A DNA stretch of 53,414 bases, the filler included, from Jimgerdemannia flammicorona (lineage: Eukaryota): the NCBI GenBank assembly GCA_003990765.1. It is 3 parts of 3 records of this genome, joined end to end, with 100 filler letters (N's around TTAATTAATTAA, not from the genome) between each part and the next. Parts side by side here need not be neighbours in the genome. Positions count along the whole stretch, not along the records: positions 17,841 to 35,578 come from RBNJ01002429.1; positions 35,679 to 53,414 come from RBNJ01002430.1; 1 more part is not named here. One strand, written 5' to 3'. The notes beneath the pieces were generated by a model. It was not told the DNA's origin and did not search any database. It was given only the letters and a program-made list of their open reading frames with translations. Of the stretch, positions 24,150 through 36,549 are shown piece by piece; position 1 is the first letter of the stretch; each line of letters begins with the position of its first letter. The translations under genes were made by a program, and so were the position numbers.

Positions 24150-27031
24150 TTAGGGCTCAAGCCTCTTAGGGTCACGGGGGAACAGCGATGTCTTGCGGAT
24201 GTTGCCAAGATTGAGGTAAAGCATAATGACTCGCTCAAGGCCTTAAAAATGGAATTGGACAGGGAAACTTTCAGTAAGAATATAGTGCACTGGCTCATCT
24301 CACCCTGTAACGCATGTATCGTGCAAATATCTAGATACGAACCAATACCACCACCTGCATGCGGGGGCGCCGCGTGCTTAAAAGAGTCGATGTAGGGTTG
24401 GATGGTTGCCAAATCAATACCATGAGCACGAGCACGTTCCTCGAGAAAGGCGGGGTCGTGAACACGCTGCGCGCCAGAGAGAACCTCTTCGCCACGCATG
24501 AAGAAATCATAGGAATTCGAGTAGTTCTATATGCAAATTTAGGCCAATGGGAGTAACAAATCCGAGAGGAAAAAAAGAAAAAAAAAACAAAGGTCAGTCA
24601 ACAATCAAACCGCGCAACACAGATAATGCCATTAAGTCATTGACATGGCTTCTTGGACATGACGAGACCCATGATTTACTTACGGGATTGGTAGGGTCAG
24701 GCATAGTATAAAAGGGACGCACAGATAGAGGGAATTTGTCCAACATGTAGAAGTCAGTGTGATACTTCTCCTTTACGAGTCGACCTAAACGGCGTTCCTG
24801 CTCGGTACTAAGTTTGTGTGGTATTGTAAGGGTTGGAGATTACAACATAAATAATCAGCGCGGGTTTAAGGTTGAAAGGCAGCAAAACATTCTACTATAC
24901 AGTTCCACTCACTTGAAATCATCGTAGTCTCCGATTTCGACACCCGCCTCCCTCAGCATTTTTATCCCCTCCGCATATTGCAGCCTCAATGTTTTTGGCA
25001 AAAACTCGAACTCTTCAAACGGATACTGTCGACGCACGGCCTCGATCTCCTTGCTGAAGCGCTGTTTGAGCCCTGTGAAGATACTCACGAATAGCTCGTC
25101 CAACACATCCAAAACTTCGTAGTAATGCTCCTCGAACGCCATTTCCATATCGAGCCCGATAAATTCGGTCATGTGGCGGTGAGTATTCGAGTCTTCAGCG
25201 CGGAAGACGGAGCCAATCTCGAAGACTCGATCGAAGTCGGCGGCAACCGACATTTGCTTGTAGAATTGTGGCGATTGGGCAAGGTACGCTTCGCCTGGAA
25301 TGGATGGATGTTCAGGAGTGAGCTACGAGTATTCCACAACAACATCGGAAACACAATGTAACGAAGGATGGCAGGCACTTATGTAGTCTGAGTAAAGCGT
25401 GCTATGTACATACCTTTGAAATACCTGACGCGAAATACATTCGCGCCACCTTCAGATGCAGCACCAATGATTTTTGGAGAGTGGATTTCCATGAAGTCTT
25501 TGCCAATGAGATATTCGCGGAAAAGTTGGCACACACCAGATTGGATTTTGAAAATGGCATGGTTGGCGTTGGTCTGTGACAGGATATGATGGCACAGGTG
25601 AATTTCTGCAATCTCCCAGTATAAAATCGTCACGTGAAATCAGCACTGGTATTCTCCAAATCGAGTATCCCACCCTCAAATCAACAACACGGTTATTGAG
25701 TCGTGTATCAAGGTTTACGCGAGAGAACTGGGCGTCTTCCTATTTACAATGCAAGAGAGGTACAGAAGCTGTCAGTCATTGGGGCTGCGAAAATGTAAGA
25801 TTAAACAGCACATTAATCCAACCGTATTTAACAACCTTCCCAAACTCGGCCTCGGGCCTGGAGGCATCTTCAAGCGAAAATGGTAGCCGCCCCAAGGCCT
25901 CGGAAATGACGTGAATCTGAGCGTGGAGTAAAGACATGCGGTGGCGGGGATTTCATCGTTAACAAAAAAGACCGAAACTAGAGGCCAGCGGAGAATTGTC
26001 CAATGATGATACCTTCTGGATAGACAATTCAGCATCAGAGACCGTACAACTTTTGACATCGTCGACAGGCTTGGCAACGACAGCCTCAACCAGAACGATG
26101 GATTCAAGAGGGATGCTACATTGTATACAGAAGTGGGGTGAATAAGATGAGGCGAAGCCAAGGTACAAATGCAAAGTACATAGAGATTCGAGCATACTCG
26201 ACTGCGAATTTTATCATGTTCTTGCTAATATTATTAGGATCAGCTTGGACGAGACCCTGGATAGTGGCGACACCCTGACGGAATACAAAGAAGCACATTT
26301 TCGCACCTGAATCAGGTTCCAATGGTCAGCAATTCCACGCGAGAAAAAAAATTGCGTCCTCTTGAATAGATTATTCGGAGATTATACGTACCAGTCGGGC
26401 GCGAATTGTGAACACGGGCGCGAACGAGGACAATTTCACTCGTGCGGGAGGCATTGATGTCGGTAATCCTCTCACGCTTCAACCCTGTGAATAATAATAA
26501 CAAACCAGTATGTCAGCGTCTTTTTCTCATTTCTTCTTTCCATGGATGAAATTGTGCAACTCTACATACCAGTGCGTTGCTGTGACTGATTCATCGGTAA
26601 CTTGCCATAGCGGTCAGTTGAGTAGTCCTAAAAAAAAACAAAAAAAAAAGCCCTGAATACGCTTCGAGAAGATAGGAGGTTTACGCAATCTTCGCATGAC
26701 ATGGAGGTTTCTGGCAACATTTGAATGCCTTAGGGTAGTTTGCCCTTCAACATACCACGTTACTGGCCTCCCGTGCGGCACGCTCGGCTGCTTCTTTGGC
26801 GGCACGCTCTGCTTTTTTAGCTTCCTTCTCACGCTCCTTTTCGAGTTTCTTGAGGGCCTTCTTGGAGATTGGTTTACCCTCAGTACTAGCAAAGAATACG
26901 GTACAGGGGTGATGAATTACGGTCGGGATTTGGAAGAGCTAGTGTGGCATATTTCGGAAGGATACGTACTCCAAGACAAGGTCCTCTGTCTTGTCGACGA
27001 GGTTGACGTCGGGGGTGGTTTGGTCGGCCAT
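24150..27031 (-). CDS. DPS1: Cytosolic aspartate--tRNA ligase, about 13 exons
   Basis: SKKALKK N-terminal helix; OB-fold [49 protein letters not shown] (motif 2); [12 protein letters not shown] (motif 3); ends [10 protein letters not shown]. Confidence 0.97.
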
Positions 27032-27201
27032 AGGAGATATAGGGAAAAAGTATAGGGAAAAAAGTATAAAGCAAGTAAAAATCTTTTATCATGCGTGCTA
27101 CGCCGCCGTGGCAATTGACTCACACCTCTTCGGGTGACGTCACCACAGCCATAAATTTGTGAAATTTTTTTTTTTGTACTCCTTCCCAAGACGTCTTAGC
27201 A
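27032..27201. promoter_or_regulatory. 170-bp divergent intergenic/promoter region with TGACTCA (27116-27122) and GGTGACGTCACC (27133-27144)
   Basis: Head-to-head ATGs at 27031 (-) and 27202 (+); perfect AP-1/Gcn4-type and CRE/ATF-type motifs. Confidence 0.65.
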
Positions 27202-28203
27202 ATGCCTCCCACCGCCCGCTCAACCCTTTCCTCGCCACCCGACGACGGCGAACCCGCTATCAGCCAACCCACCCTCTTCCTCGCCTTGCCTTCAGACATA
27301 CTCTTTACCATCACAGACAACCTAATCCTTGCCGACCTGTTCGTGTTATCCCAAGTTTCACACGCGTGCCGCTTGCTCTCGCACAAGGCCATTTTCGCTC
27401 GTCATGAATTGGATCTTATTGAATTTTATTCCGATCCGAAACCCAATGCTGCAATCAATCTTCAAGGCTTTCTGCTTTCTACCCACACCACGACCTCCGA
27501 ACCGTATGGCAGTCACACTCTTGACACCACCTTGCTGACGCATATCCACACCGCCATGCTCAGCGAGCAAGTCCGCTACGACGAGGACATTCTTCGCAAG
27601 AATTTGCAAAGCATTGTGACCATCTTGATCAAAGATGGCATGCTGACACGCTCGTCAACTCCGCATCATGTATTCTTGCTGCGAGTTCTCAAATATCTCC
27701 CAACCTATATCAGCCCACCAACTGGGGATAAAGGAGGTCAGCAAAATACACAAGCCCTTGCTACTGTTCGTGACGAAATTCCCAACATCGTGGCGCAAGG
27801 CTTTATGGACTTGCTTAATGACACCCTGGTCGCCGGGCAGCTCTCGGCCCCTGCATCGACCGCGACATCATCCCCAAAATCTCCCGCCGGAACCGCGCTC
27901 ATCTCTTTCGCCCAACGTAAAAGAGCCCACGCACACCTTCAATCTCTCACCCAGTTCCTCTTCACTTGCCACGTGCTACGGCATTCTCAAGACGGATCGT
28001 CGTCCTTCCTTTCAGAAGATTCCGTACTGGCGTACCTCGAGCATGTCTCGAAATTGCTTGATAGCACCGGATGTGAGGAGGACGCGGTTTACAAAATCAA
28101 TGTTTTCAAAAGGGCAATTGCGCAACTGCAGAAGTTGTCATCGACTCGTTTGATGGAAGCGCTGAAGGAGCGGTTCCCTGAGGTGGCGGATATATCGGAG
28201 TAG
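27202..28203 (+). CDS. F-box domain protein, 333 aa, single exon
   Basis: N-terminal FLALPSDILFTITDNLILADLFVLSQVSHACRLL fits the F-box consensus; uninterrupted ORF. Confidence 0.8.
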   Translation: MPPTARSTLSSPPDDGEPAISQPTLFLALPSDILFTITDNLILADLFVLSQVSHACRLLSHKAIFARHELDLIEFYSDPKPNAAINLQGFLLSTHTTTSEPYGSHTLDTTLLTHIHTAMLSEQVRYDEDILRKNLQSIVTILIKDGMLTRSSTPHHVFLLRVLKYLPTYISPPTGDKGGQQNTQALATVRDEIPNIVAQGFMDLLNDTLVAGQLSAPASTATSSPKSPAGTALISFAQRKRAHAHLQSLTQFLFTCHVLRHSQDGSSSFLSEDSVLAYLEHVSKLLDSTGCEEDAVYKINVFKRAIAQLQKLSSTRLMEALKERFPEVADISE

Positions 28204-28342
28204 ACGCTAGATGAATTGGCTGGTTATGTTGGGGGTTGGTGTAGTTGGTATGACGTCAGTCATGAGGCGTAAAGATAAACAGTCACTGCCCCTATATATA
28301 AACGCCCTTGCCCCTCTGCCCTTTCCCTTTTCGCTGTCTGGA

Positions 28343-29057
28343 ATGACCTCCGGCTATTCATCTGCTGACAACCAGAAACGCACAATGAATATCGTCGCCG
28401 ACATCTCGTCCCTGGACGAAATGGACCAACGACGCAAAGGGGTGCGTATGCGTTCGACAAAAATCCACCTTCCAAAAATAAACAGGTCATTGGGTATCTT
28501 CGTTGCCCTTAAACTCAAACAATGTCTATAATGGAGGCCACTCCAGTCGGGGCTCTAGTACTTTACGCGATTCAAATCCTCTGACAACGTTCCCCCCAAA
28601 TCGCACAGCCGTCTACAACTTTCGCATCCGCTTCTGCAACCTCTACGACCTCCCTAGGGGGGGCGGCAACTACGTCTTCACTCTCCTCGTCGTCCGCTGC
28701 ATCATCTTCGCATGACAAATCTGTTATCGATTTCGCTTCCCTCGACATATCCGCTCTAGAAAAGTACCAACATGCGTTCCGTGTGCAGACCAAACGCGTC
28801 CGTCCAACTATGCAGGAGCTCACACGGGCCGTTGCCGATCACTACCGGCAGGCGAACCTCGTGGATGGCGAAGAGACCGAACAGGAATTGCTGACACACT
28901 TTGTTTGGCGTGTGCGGGGAGATAGTGAGTATCTTTGTCTTTGCCTTTGACATCAAAGTCTAAAAAAGGACATCCGTCTCACGTTTCTGTCTCTATCCGG
29001 ATTGTTCCACCAGCACCAGCCATGAACACAGGTCTCCTGCGTTCCAAACACACGTGA
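28343..29057 (+). CDS. SAP30: SAP30-like Sin3-binding domain protein (~152 aa); exons 28343-28441, 28609-28924, 29014-29057
   Basis: IDFASLDISALEKYQHAFRVQ...ELTRAVADHY...ETEQELLTHFVWRV resembles the SAP30 Sin3-binding domain. Introns are in phase. A TATA (~28293) and TGACGTCA (28251) lie upstream. Missed by the ORF track. Confidence 0.75.
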
Positions 29058-29479
29058 TCTCTCTGCTTAACGACCAATGATGATGTAATTTATTACAATC
29101 GTGCATATTTCTTCACCTTTGTATATAGTTGTTTCAGAAGTTTAGTTGATCGGAAATTGTGTGCATGCTTTAGGGACGCTGTGCCCACTTCGAATTTTAG
29201 CATTTTCATAATAATTCTTAACGCTCCGCAGCACAATCCATTTGCTACCATTATATGCCTTCCTAATATGTTTTGTTGTCGATATTTAATTTAATTTATT
29301 TATTTATTTTATCATGCAAGAGATCTACGGTGAGAAAAAAAGAAATTCTACACGCAGTTTACCAGACTGTTTATATTATAGGTGTATTTCATGTTCACAC
29401 TATTCAATAGTATCATATATTATTATGCAAAACGAAACATACTAAATATGTTACCCAGTCAGGTTCATATATCAACGTC

Positions 29480-32400
29480 TCACGTGCGGCGATTCCTCCT
29501 ATCGGCATATGTCCGTCTGTCATGCGGGTTTTGACCGATCAAAGTGGGCGACAATGGTCGGAGGGAATGTCGAGTAGCGTTGGCAGATCCGAACTGGAAA
29601 ATGAAAGTGACTGGTTAAGCTTCATGAACAGTGCAAAATGATTCTCCAAATGTGATTAAGCAGCGTTACATACTGAGATAGAATCAGGATTCCCTTGTGC
29701 ACGATGGGGCAGGATGTTTCCAAAGTTGCTTCTAATATCTGCTGCTGAAGACATTCACGAAGTTCGAGCATGTCCCAAACGTAAAACGGGTGCCCATGGC
29801 AAGCGAACGGTATCGTGTCCCTAATGATCTACAGCTGCAAATCCAGCATAAATCTTACCTAATGTATCGGTAAATAACTGTTGGACCACCCTTTCGTTCC
29901 TAACCCTTCTGGGAGATTGCACTGAAGTTCCGGTACCACTCGTAGGTGTTCGTCCGGGGCTGGAATTACCAGATACCAAAGTTGAAATCGAGTTATGATG
30001 ATCAGATGAGAAGACATGTCGGATCTCGCTATGCAGATTATCGCGAACAATGTCCGTCCGAATAGTAGGATTTCATGAACTTACCTCGTCGTGTTTCGCT
30101 TCGCCTCGACATAAGTCTTCCAGATGAGAAATGCCTTTCTCTTCTTGGCTTTGTCGGCCCACGTATCCGCATATATCTATGTTGTTATAAAGCAGCGGAC
30201 ACATAACAATTCAATGCTGATGTTACGAATATCTTTTCCTTGTTAAAGAGTCTTTAGTAGATGCCTACAAAATTAGAAGCACACTCACCAACTTCCTCTC
30301 TTTTTGAAACACCCTTTCCTTCAGCGCCGCCTTCCACTTTCCCCATGTCATCCTTACCAACCGCTCTCTTGAAAACGTGGCCGTCCTCAACATTTCATGC
30401 AAGTTATCAACGGGAATTTTAGTATTTCCTCTTGTCCTCAGTCGAAATGGCCCAGCAAGTGTTGAAATCGTGGCGTTCTGGGGACGTTGCATCACATACT
30501 TCACTTCCAGACGGCGCTCGTCAGCTCGGCTTTGCCAAATCGTAAATGCTTCGTTAAGGAGGCTACGGAAGTAAATGGTGTCGGCTTGCGACGCATTTGT
30601 GACGATGATGAATAATGAACAAAGGGGATAAAGATTACTACATGCAGGCTATAGGATTTTACATACCAATTCTCTGTGATGTCTTGCTTCTCCATAGGTT
30701 GAAATGCCTCGCTATCAAGTGCCGTTTTCCTACATCACGATTACCTGACGCCCGCTCATACCAACGCAACAGCACCTGCCGCGAGAATCCATAATATTTG
30801 AAAGCTGTTCTTTAGGTTCTCCGTAAAATAGATATACGTACGAACATACTCACTGCTCTTTTTATCGAAGCCACCTCCCTCCTTTGTTGCTTCGCCTCAC
30901 TTCGGTTTGCCCAAATATACCAATACTTTCTCGCAAACTGACGATTGCGCGCATCCTCCAATCGCTCGAGACTAGTTGTCAACTGCGGCAAATTCACTTC
31001 AGATTGACTGAGTAAGCGAATAACTATTTTCTGTTGCCAACGAGTTAGGTAATTCCGGACAAGCGTTTTCATTGGCCTGGATGGAATGCCCAAAACATCG
31101 ATTCCACAATAGGAATAAAATTTAAGTCAATCTGATATCAAGTTAAAAAATTCGTGATGACAACCAAATGTGTAGACCTTGCTTTTATGCTATTAGCAAA
31201 TGACATAGCTTGCTGCTCCATCGCTCGATACTAAAAATAATGAGATCCAAATCAATACATAATACATAGCAGTAATCTCGAATTCACTTCCAAAGATTTG
31301 CATGCCTTTTCCTGTCGGCCTCTCCACTTATCCATCGCGCTGCGAAGCAAACTTAACGAATGAAACATTCGCGGATTTGTAAAATCTTGTGAAGTGTCAA
31401 TGTATTGGGTGTCATTGATCACAGCCGTGCGCATTGAGTTCATGGAATGTTTGTGCGTACCTATTGCTGACGATGTAAATATGGGTGAGGTGCCCGTAAG
31501 ATGCGCAAAACCTTTCAGTTTAAGATATCTCGATTGTGTATTAAAAATCAAAATCAAAATCAAAACCCTCCAATTTAGGAAGCTGAAGACCTTCAAATTT
31601 TGTCCGCATCGTCCTTTCCTCCAATTCCGCCATGAGTGACTCGCTTTCGAGAACCTTTCTCCATCGTTCCAAGACAGCCTTTAAAAGACACAATCGGTAC
31701 AGTTCATTGGCTACCTCGTTATATTTTCTTTTCAATTCCATCCGATGCCTCCAAATCCTCCATGCTACCATAGCCATCTTCCCATCTCTCTTCAAATAGT
31801 CTAAGTCCATACTTCTCCCCAATGTCACCATCACATTGCCTTCCAACGCAATACGGATTCCAAAGGTTCCTCCAAGCTCTCTTTGTTCGTCAAACTTCCT
31901 AGCTAAGTCTGTCATCTCCCATCGCGTTTGTGTAATGCCTTTCCATTTCGTTAGCCCACGCGAGAGCACTCGCCGCTCATGCAATTTGACGGCCCTCTCC
32001 ACATGCGCAGAACATACTGCCCACTTGTATTGCCATGCGCTAAAAAGACGACGAATTTTTGACTTTCTGTACAATATAACAGCCTGCTTCTCTTGTCGGT
32101 GCTGATACGTCATCTGCCAAATCCAAAGACGCCAAGCGTTGTCGAGGTATGCCTTATCCAGACGGAATTGAAATTCGACTTCAAGGGCACGAACGTGACG
32201 TATTTTCCGCGAGTCCTTTTGAAGCCGTTGGAAAAAATTCCGTTCCACTCTTAAAACATCATATGTTGAAGCCAGCAATTGGACGTGCTTATTCCACCGG
32301 ACATTGATCCGCATTTTCGCAAGGCAAATCTTGGCGAGACTATCGGCGGTAAGCTTACTGCTATCGTAATGTCTGCTCAGAGCGGTAAGGTGAACACGTG

Positions 32401-35232
32401 ATGCTTTTCAGATAACAGATTCGACAAATACAATTTTGAAAACATAATACCTATTCCACTCAATTATATTGAATTTCTCTCGGTAACCTTTCAGCCAAAA
32501 GTACATTGTTCGCTCTAATATTCCGGATGAAAAGAAAAAAAAGAAAAAAGAAAAATCAGCCACAATTCAAGGGTGGTGAACTGTTTGAAAACCAACAGTT
32601 AGGCTGACCTTTCAATCTTTTCTCGTAGAATTTCTGTGCCGTATGGTCTCGCCTCGATAACTCAAGTTGCTTTGACCAGGTGTGCCATGATTTTTTGAGT
32701 AACACGTCTTTAAGCTGACGAAGTACCCGAAGGCTCTATATTCAGGAGGAAGCAAAAGTAAATCAAAATCTGTGTAACCTAATGAATCTGAGAACGCGTA
32801 CGTCGGTGTGGGTGTGTATTGAGTGTATTATGCGTGTGCCAGCGAGAGACTCACCTGTGACGAATCCCTCCACGCAAGAAACAATTGTTTCGTAGTTTCT
32901 GTCGACCGTTGCTTTGTGAATCGCTTCTCCTGATGAAAAAAAAAAAAAAAAGAGTAAAGATACCTCCTTTCCTTAAGTGCGCCAGTGGGCTCGAAATGCT
33001 AATTATATTGCATGCAGAAAATCAACGTTAAACGTACCATTGGCACCAAACGACCAATTTTCAATCTGCCCTTCAACTCCTCCATGATCCATTGACACCG
33101 TCTTCGATCCGCTGATTCCACGAACATTTGATACACGACTTTCAGGGTGGCTGATGCTGTGGCAACTGAATGCCATGCTCGCATTATCCTTCGCAAATTC
33201 GCTATGCAGTGCAGTGGACGATGTTTTCAGAAAAAAAATACATGCTTTCTAACAGGCAAATAGGCATTCATACCAGTACCTTGCATTAGCTCATCCTGGA
33301 ACATTTTTATCCGCCTTTTCTGAGTATCCTGTCGCTCCAATCTAAGTTTCCATGCATATAGGCGTCCTCTGATTTGTGATGAATGTGATCAAGAGTCGAT
33401 TATTTTTTTATCGGATGGGCGTCAGAAAGTGCTTTACAAATCAACTCGCAATAAACCTTAGAAGACTTCGTTCGTGGTGCCGAGCTGCTAGGTGTTTCTG
33501 CTCAGAAAGGTCATTGACGCGAATTCTCCATTCACAGAAACAGGAACCCGACAAAATCTATAAGAGAGAGAGACGGGATGTCGATAAACCATACAAATAT
33601 TGAAGGTCGAATCTATCAGCCATACTTGATTTTAACCTTCTTCCGTTGAGAACCAAGGATGTTTTCACGAATCCTGAGCCGTCGCTGCCACTGTGCTTGT
33701 TCCTTCCAAACTGACGTGTGAGCAATATCAAGTTATCCCTAATCGTCGATGATACAAGAAAAACGATAATAATAATAATAATCACCATGGAGTATGCTGA
33801 CCAAACCTTTCTTCTGCCGTTCTTCCATCCACTGCACAATCTGCTTAGCTTGTCTGGCTCGCTTTCTTCTCTCTATCCTACAATAAACACATGCCACGAC
33901 GAAATGCTTTAACTTCACGTCTTCCTTTCGCCAATGGAATCTGATAATTTTCATGATGAAACCATTGAGAGACTGTGAGAGCGACCTGGCACGCCAACCG
34001 AAAAAGGACTGGCCAAGGAAGAACAACCCGCGGGTCATTTCGGCCTTCGCAGCCATTTGGCGATGATAAACGAGCTGCGTTTGCCATCTACTAAAAGAAT
34101 GCTGGAGGAGGTGTGCTTGATACGAATTCTGGTTGGAGATCGGTACAGTTCAGCATGACGACATATTTTCAGCGCAAATAATTTCTTAGAGATAACGCGC
34201 GAAGAAGATATTACATCGGCAACAGAAGTCATTGCCTTGTATCTGGAGTATTTCCATTTCCATTCACAGAGCATTTTTCGCAGTCGATTTTTCTGACGTA
34301 CAGCACAAACAACAGTGTGCTTCGCTAAGGATTAATTGAAAGATTATAGTTGTACTGATGAAAATGCAAACTTCTCCAAATTTCAAGAATAGATGCGACA
34401 CTATGAAGCAATAAACACCTACCTTCTAATGTTGCCATCAAACTCCTATACTTGGTGTGAATATATGATCCCAGAAGAGCGAGTTAAGGGGAAAACAAAA
34501 TTGACATCGTAAAACTATTCTTTCACTCAGACAAAAGCTATATAGAAATACATAGGCCGCCTGCTCGCTCCAACACCAAAAAAAGATAACCCTTGAAAGT
34601 TAGGTAATGTATGGAAAGGATATTTCCCAAACCATCAGCGCGACTTGAACCGTCCTTTGATTTCTTTCCTGCTCAAAATTTCGTGTCCTGGTCTGGGTCA
34701 GCCATAAACGGAACGCACTTGAGATTGCCTGACGCTCGGATATGATCTGATGCCGCCGCAATATTAGCTGGCGCTGCTCCTACAGAGGACACAGATACAT
34801 TAGCGCGATACTGTCTCATATCATCATCACATCTATGGAACTGGAATTGTGAGAAGAAACCAATCAGTTTCACGTACCATCCTGGTCAGCGTTTGATTCC
34901 GCCACTGTGCGTACAATGCGCGCAGCAGACGGCGTTGCTGAAATCGATCAAAGCGTATCGCCAGGGAATGAAGTGTATCGAGCGCGCTTTTACTGTTGAA
35001 TAATAGAAAATTACCAAGTATGTGATACAAGTCAATTTCTCTCGATTAAATATTTGATCGCAATACTACATTCAATGAAGCGCAGAAAATATGCATTGGA
35101 ATTGCCTGCAATGCCATTGGTTTAAACAGTTTCTTGCTAAATGGGTTTTCCGCCAACTGTCCGCCAACTTCTTATCAGTGGCTTAAAAACAAGGGAAATC
35201 CTGTAAATAATACACAAATATTGCCAAAAAGG

Positions 35233-35304
<72 letters not shown>

Positions 35305-35490
35305 AAACGGAGAGACGAAATAGACTGTACCTTGCCGAGTACTGTCCATCCACGATCGCATCGCCTTCCGGAGCACGAAATACCTCTCACGTCTCTGCAA
35401 TGCCTGTAGCCGTGTTAAATGCTTGATGCGAGCGAAGAAGCGGGCCCGCCACATCTTATATGCAATGGTATAATCATAATTAAAAAACAA
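29480..35490 (-). CDS. SFI1: Sfi1-like spindle pole body/centrin-binding protein, multi-exon, probably 5'-incomplete; ends approximate
   Basis: Many Trp-ending repeats of the A-x7-(L)L-x3-F/L-x2-W type, e.g. AVILYRKSKIRRLFSAW, AVKLHERRVLSRGLTKW, ANELYRLCLLKAVLERW, AIRFDRFQQRRLLRALYAQW. Confidence 0.8.
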
Positions 35491-35578
35491 CCGAATTAAA
35501 GGTGGTGTTTTTGTTTGTTGTTTGTTTGTTTGTTTTGTTGTTTGTTTTATATTTTTGTTTTTTATTTTTGTTTTTATG

Positions 35579-35678
35579 NNNNNNNNNNNNNNNNNNNNNN
35601 NNNNNNNNNNNNNNNNNNNNNNTTAATTAATTAANNNNNNNNNNNNNNNNNNNNNNNNNNNNNNNNNNNNNNNNNNNN
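35579..35678. other. Artificial contig-joining spacer (N44-TTAATTAATTAA-N44)
   Basis: Same 100-nt construct as 17741-17840. Confidence 0.95.
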
Positions 35679-35947
35679 TGTTGGCAAGTTTGGCTGCACC
35701 AGCATCAGTAATGGTGGCTGCATTGAACTTGTCTCTGGCAGGTCCTCTGAGGCTGACTAGTAGAAGGGCCAATTGAGCATCCACACCAAGGGCTCGTATG
35801 GCGGCGAATTGTTCAAAGTCTTCAATGAAGGTCAGGATTGACTCTTCAGTAGTATATCCATAGAATGTGGGGGGATGCATTTCCATCTTGTCTTGAATTC
35901 TTGCAGGGGTAACTCTTGTAGTCAGGGTAGTTGTTGTGGGGGTTGTT

Positions 35948-36075
35948 CGTTTTTCAGCTTGAAAGTGAGGGATTCGTCTTGAATCACCAGCCAATGGGCA
36001 CCAAGTTGTCACGTTTTTCAGCTTGAAAGTGAGGGATTCATCTTGAATCACCAGCCAATGGGCACCAAGTTGTCA
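35948..36075. repeat. 64-bp tandem duplication covering the LTR terminus and PBS of G3
   Basis: 35948-36011 versus 36012-36075, one mismatch (CG versus CA). Confidence 0.95.
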
Positions 36076-36446
36076 TGTAGTGGTCGCTGAGTCCTTCAAA
36101 TATGCCAGATTCTCTTCAAGGTATATCTCTTAGACTAACTCAAGTTTGTTATAAGCAAGTTCTTATTGGAGTGCCTTCCCAAGGTCTTATAGTCCTCAAA
36201 CTTCTTATCTTTAACTATCTTGTTATCTCTTAGATTGCTTGCAAGGAAGTGTGTGTAAGTGAAACTGGAACTGACTGACTTTATTTCAGAGGAAATAAGA
36301 GAGGTATTTATACAAAATATAATTCAATGGTTGCTAAGATATAAAGCTAAATATAAATTCCGATAACTAAAACTACTGAGTTCCAGAGCTGGCATTATTT
36401 AGTACCATATCAAAATACCAGTGCTGGAACAATTTCACATCACCTC

Positions 36447-36549
36447 AGAATACCAGTGCTGGCATTATCCAGTGTTACATGAGAATACCGGTGCTGGCAT
36501 TATCCAGTATTACATGAGAATACCGGTGCTGGCATTATCCAGTGTAACA
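36447..36549. repeat. Three 35-bp tandem units at the U3 end of the G3 LTR
   Basis: AGAATACC(A/G)GTGCTGGCATTATCCAGT(G/A)TTACATG at 36447, 36482 and 36517; degenerate partial units at ~36383 and ~36412. Confidence 0.9.

Larger units (their letters stand above)
35679..36549 (-). mobile_element. 5' end of LTR retrotransposon G3: LTR 36071-36549, PBS TGGTGCCCA (duplicated), gag start at 35886
   Basis: LTR TGTTACAC...TGACA with TATAAATA at ~36304-36311; ACT spacer then TGG. Gag-like MEMHPPTFYG...FIEDFEQFA...LLVSLRGPARDKF. CpGs partly retained. Confidence 0.8.

Noticed and set aside
28211..28531. 106-aa ORF as a separate gene
   Set aside because: Overlaps SAP30 exon 1 in the same frame and reads into its intron.
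36447..36549. CRISPR-like 35-bp repeats
   Set aside because: Contiguous units without spacers, inside a eukaryotic LTR, with no cas genes.
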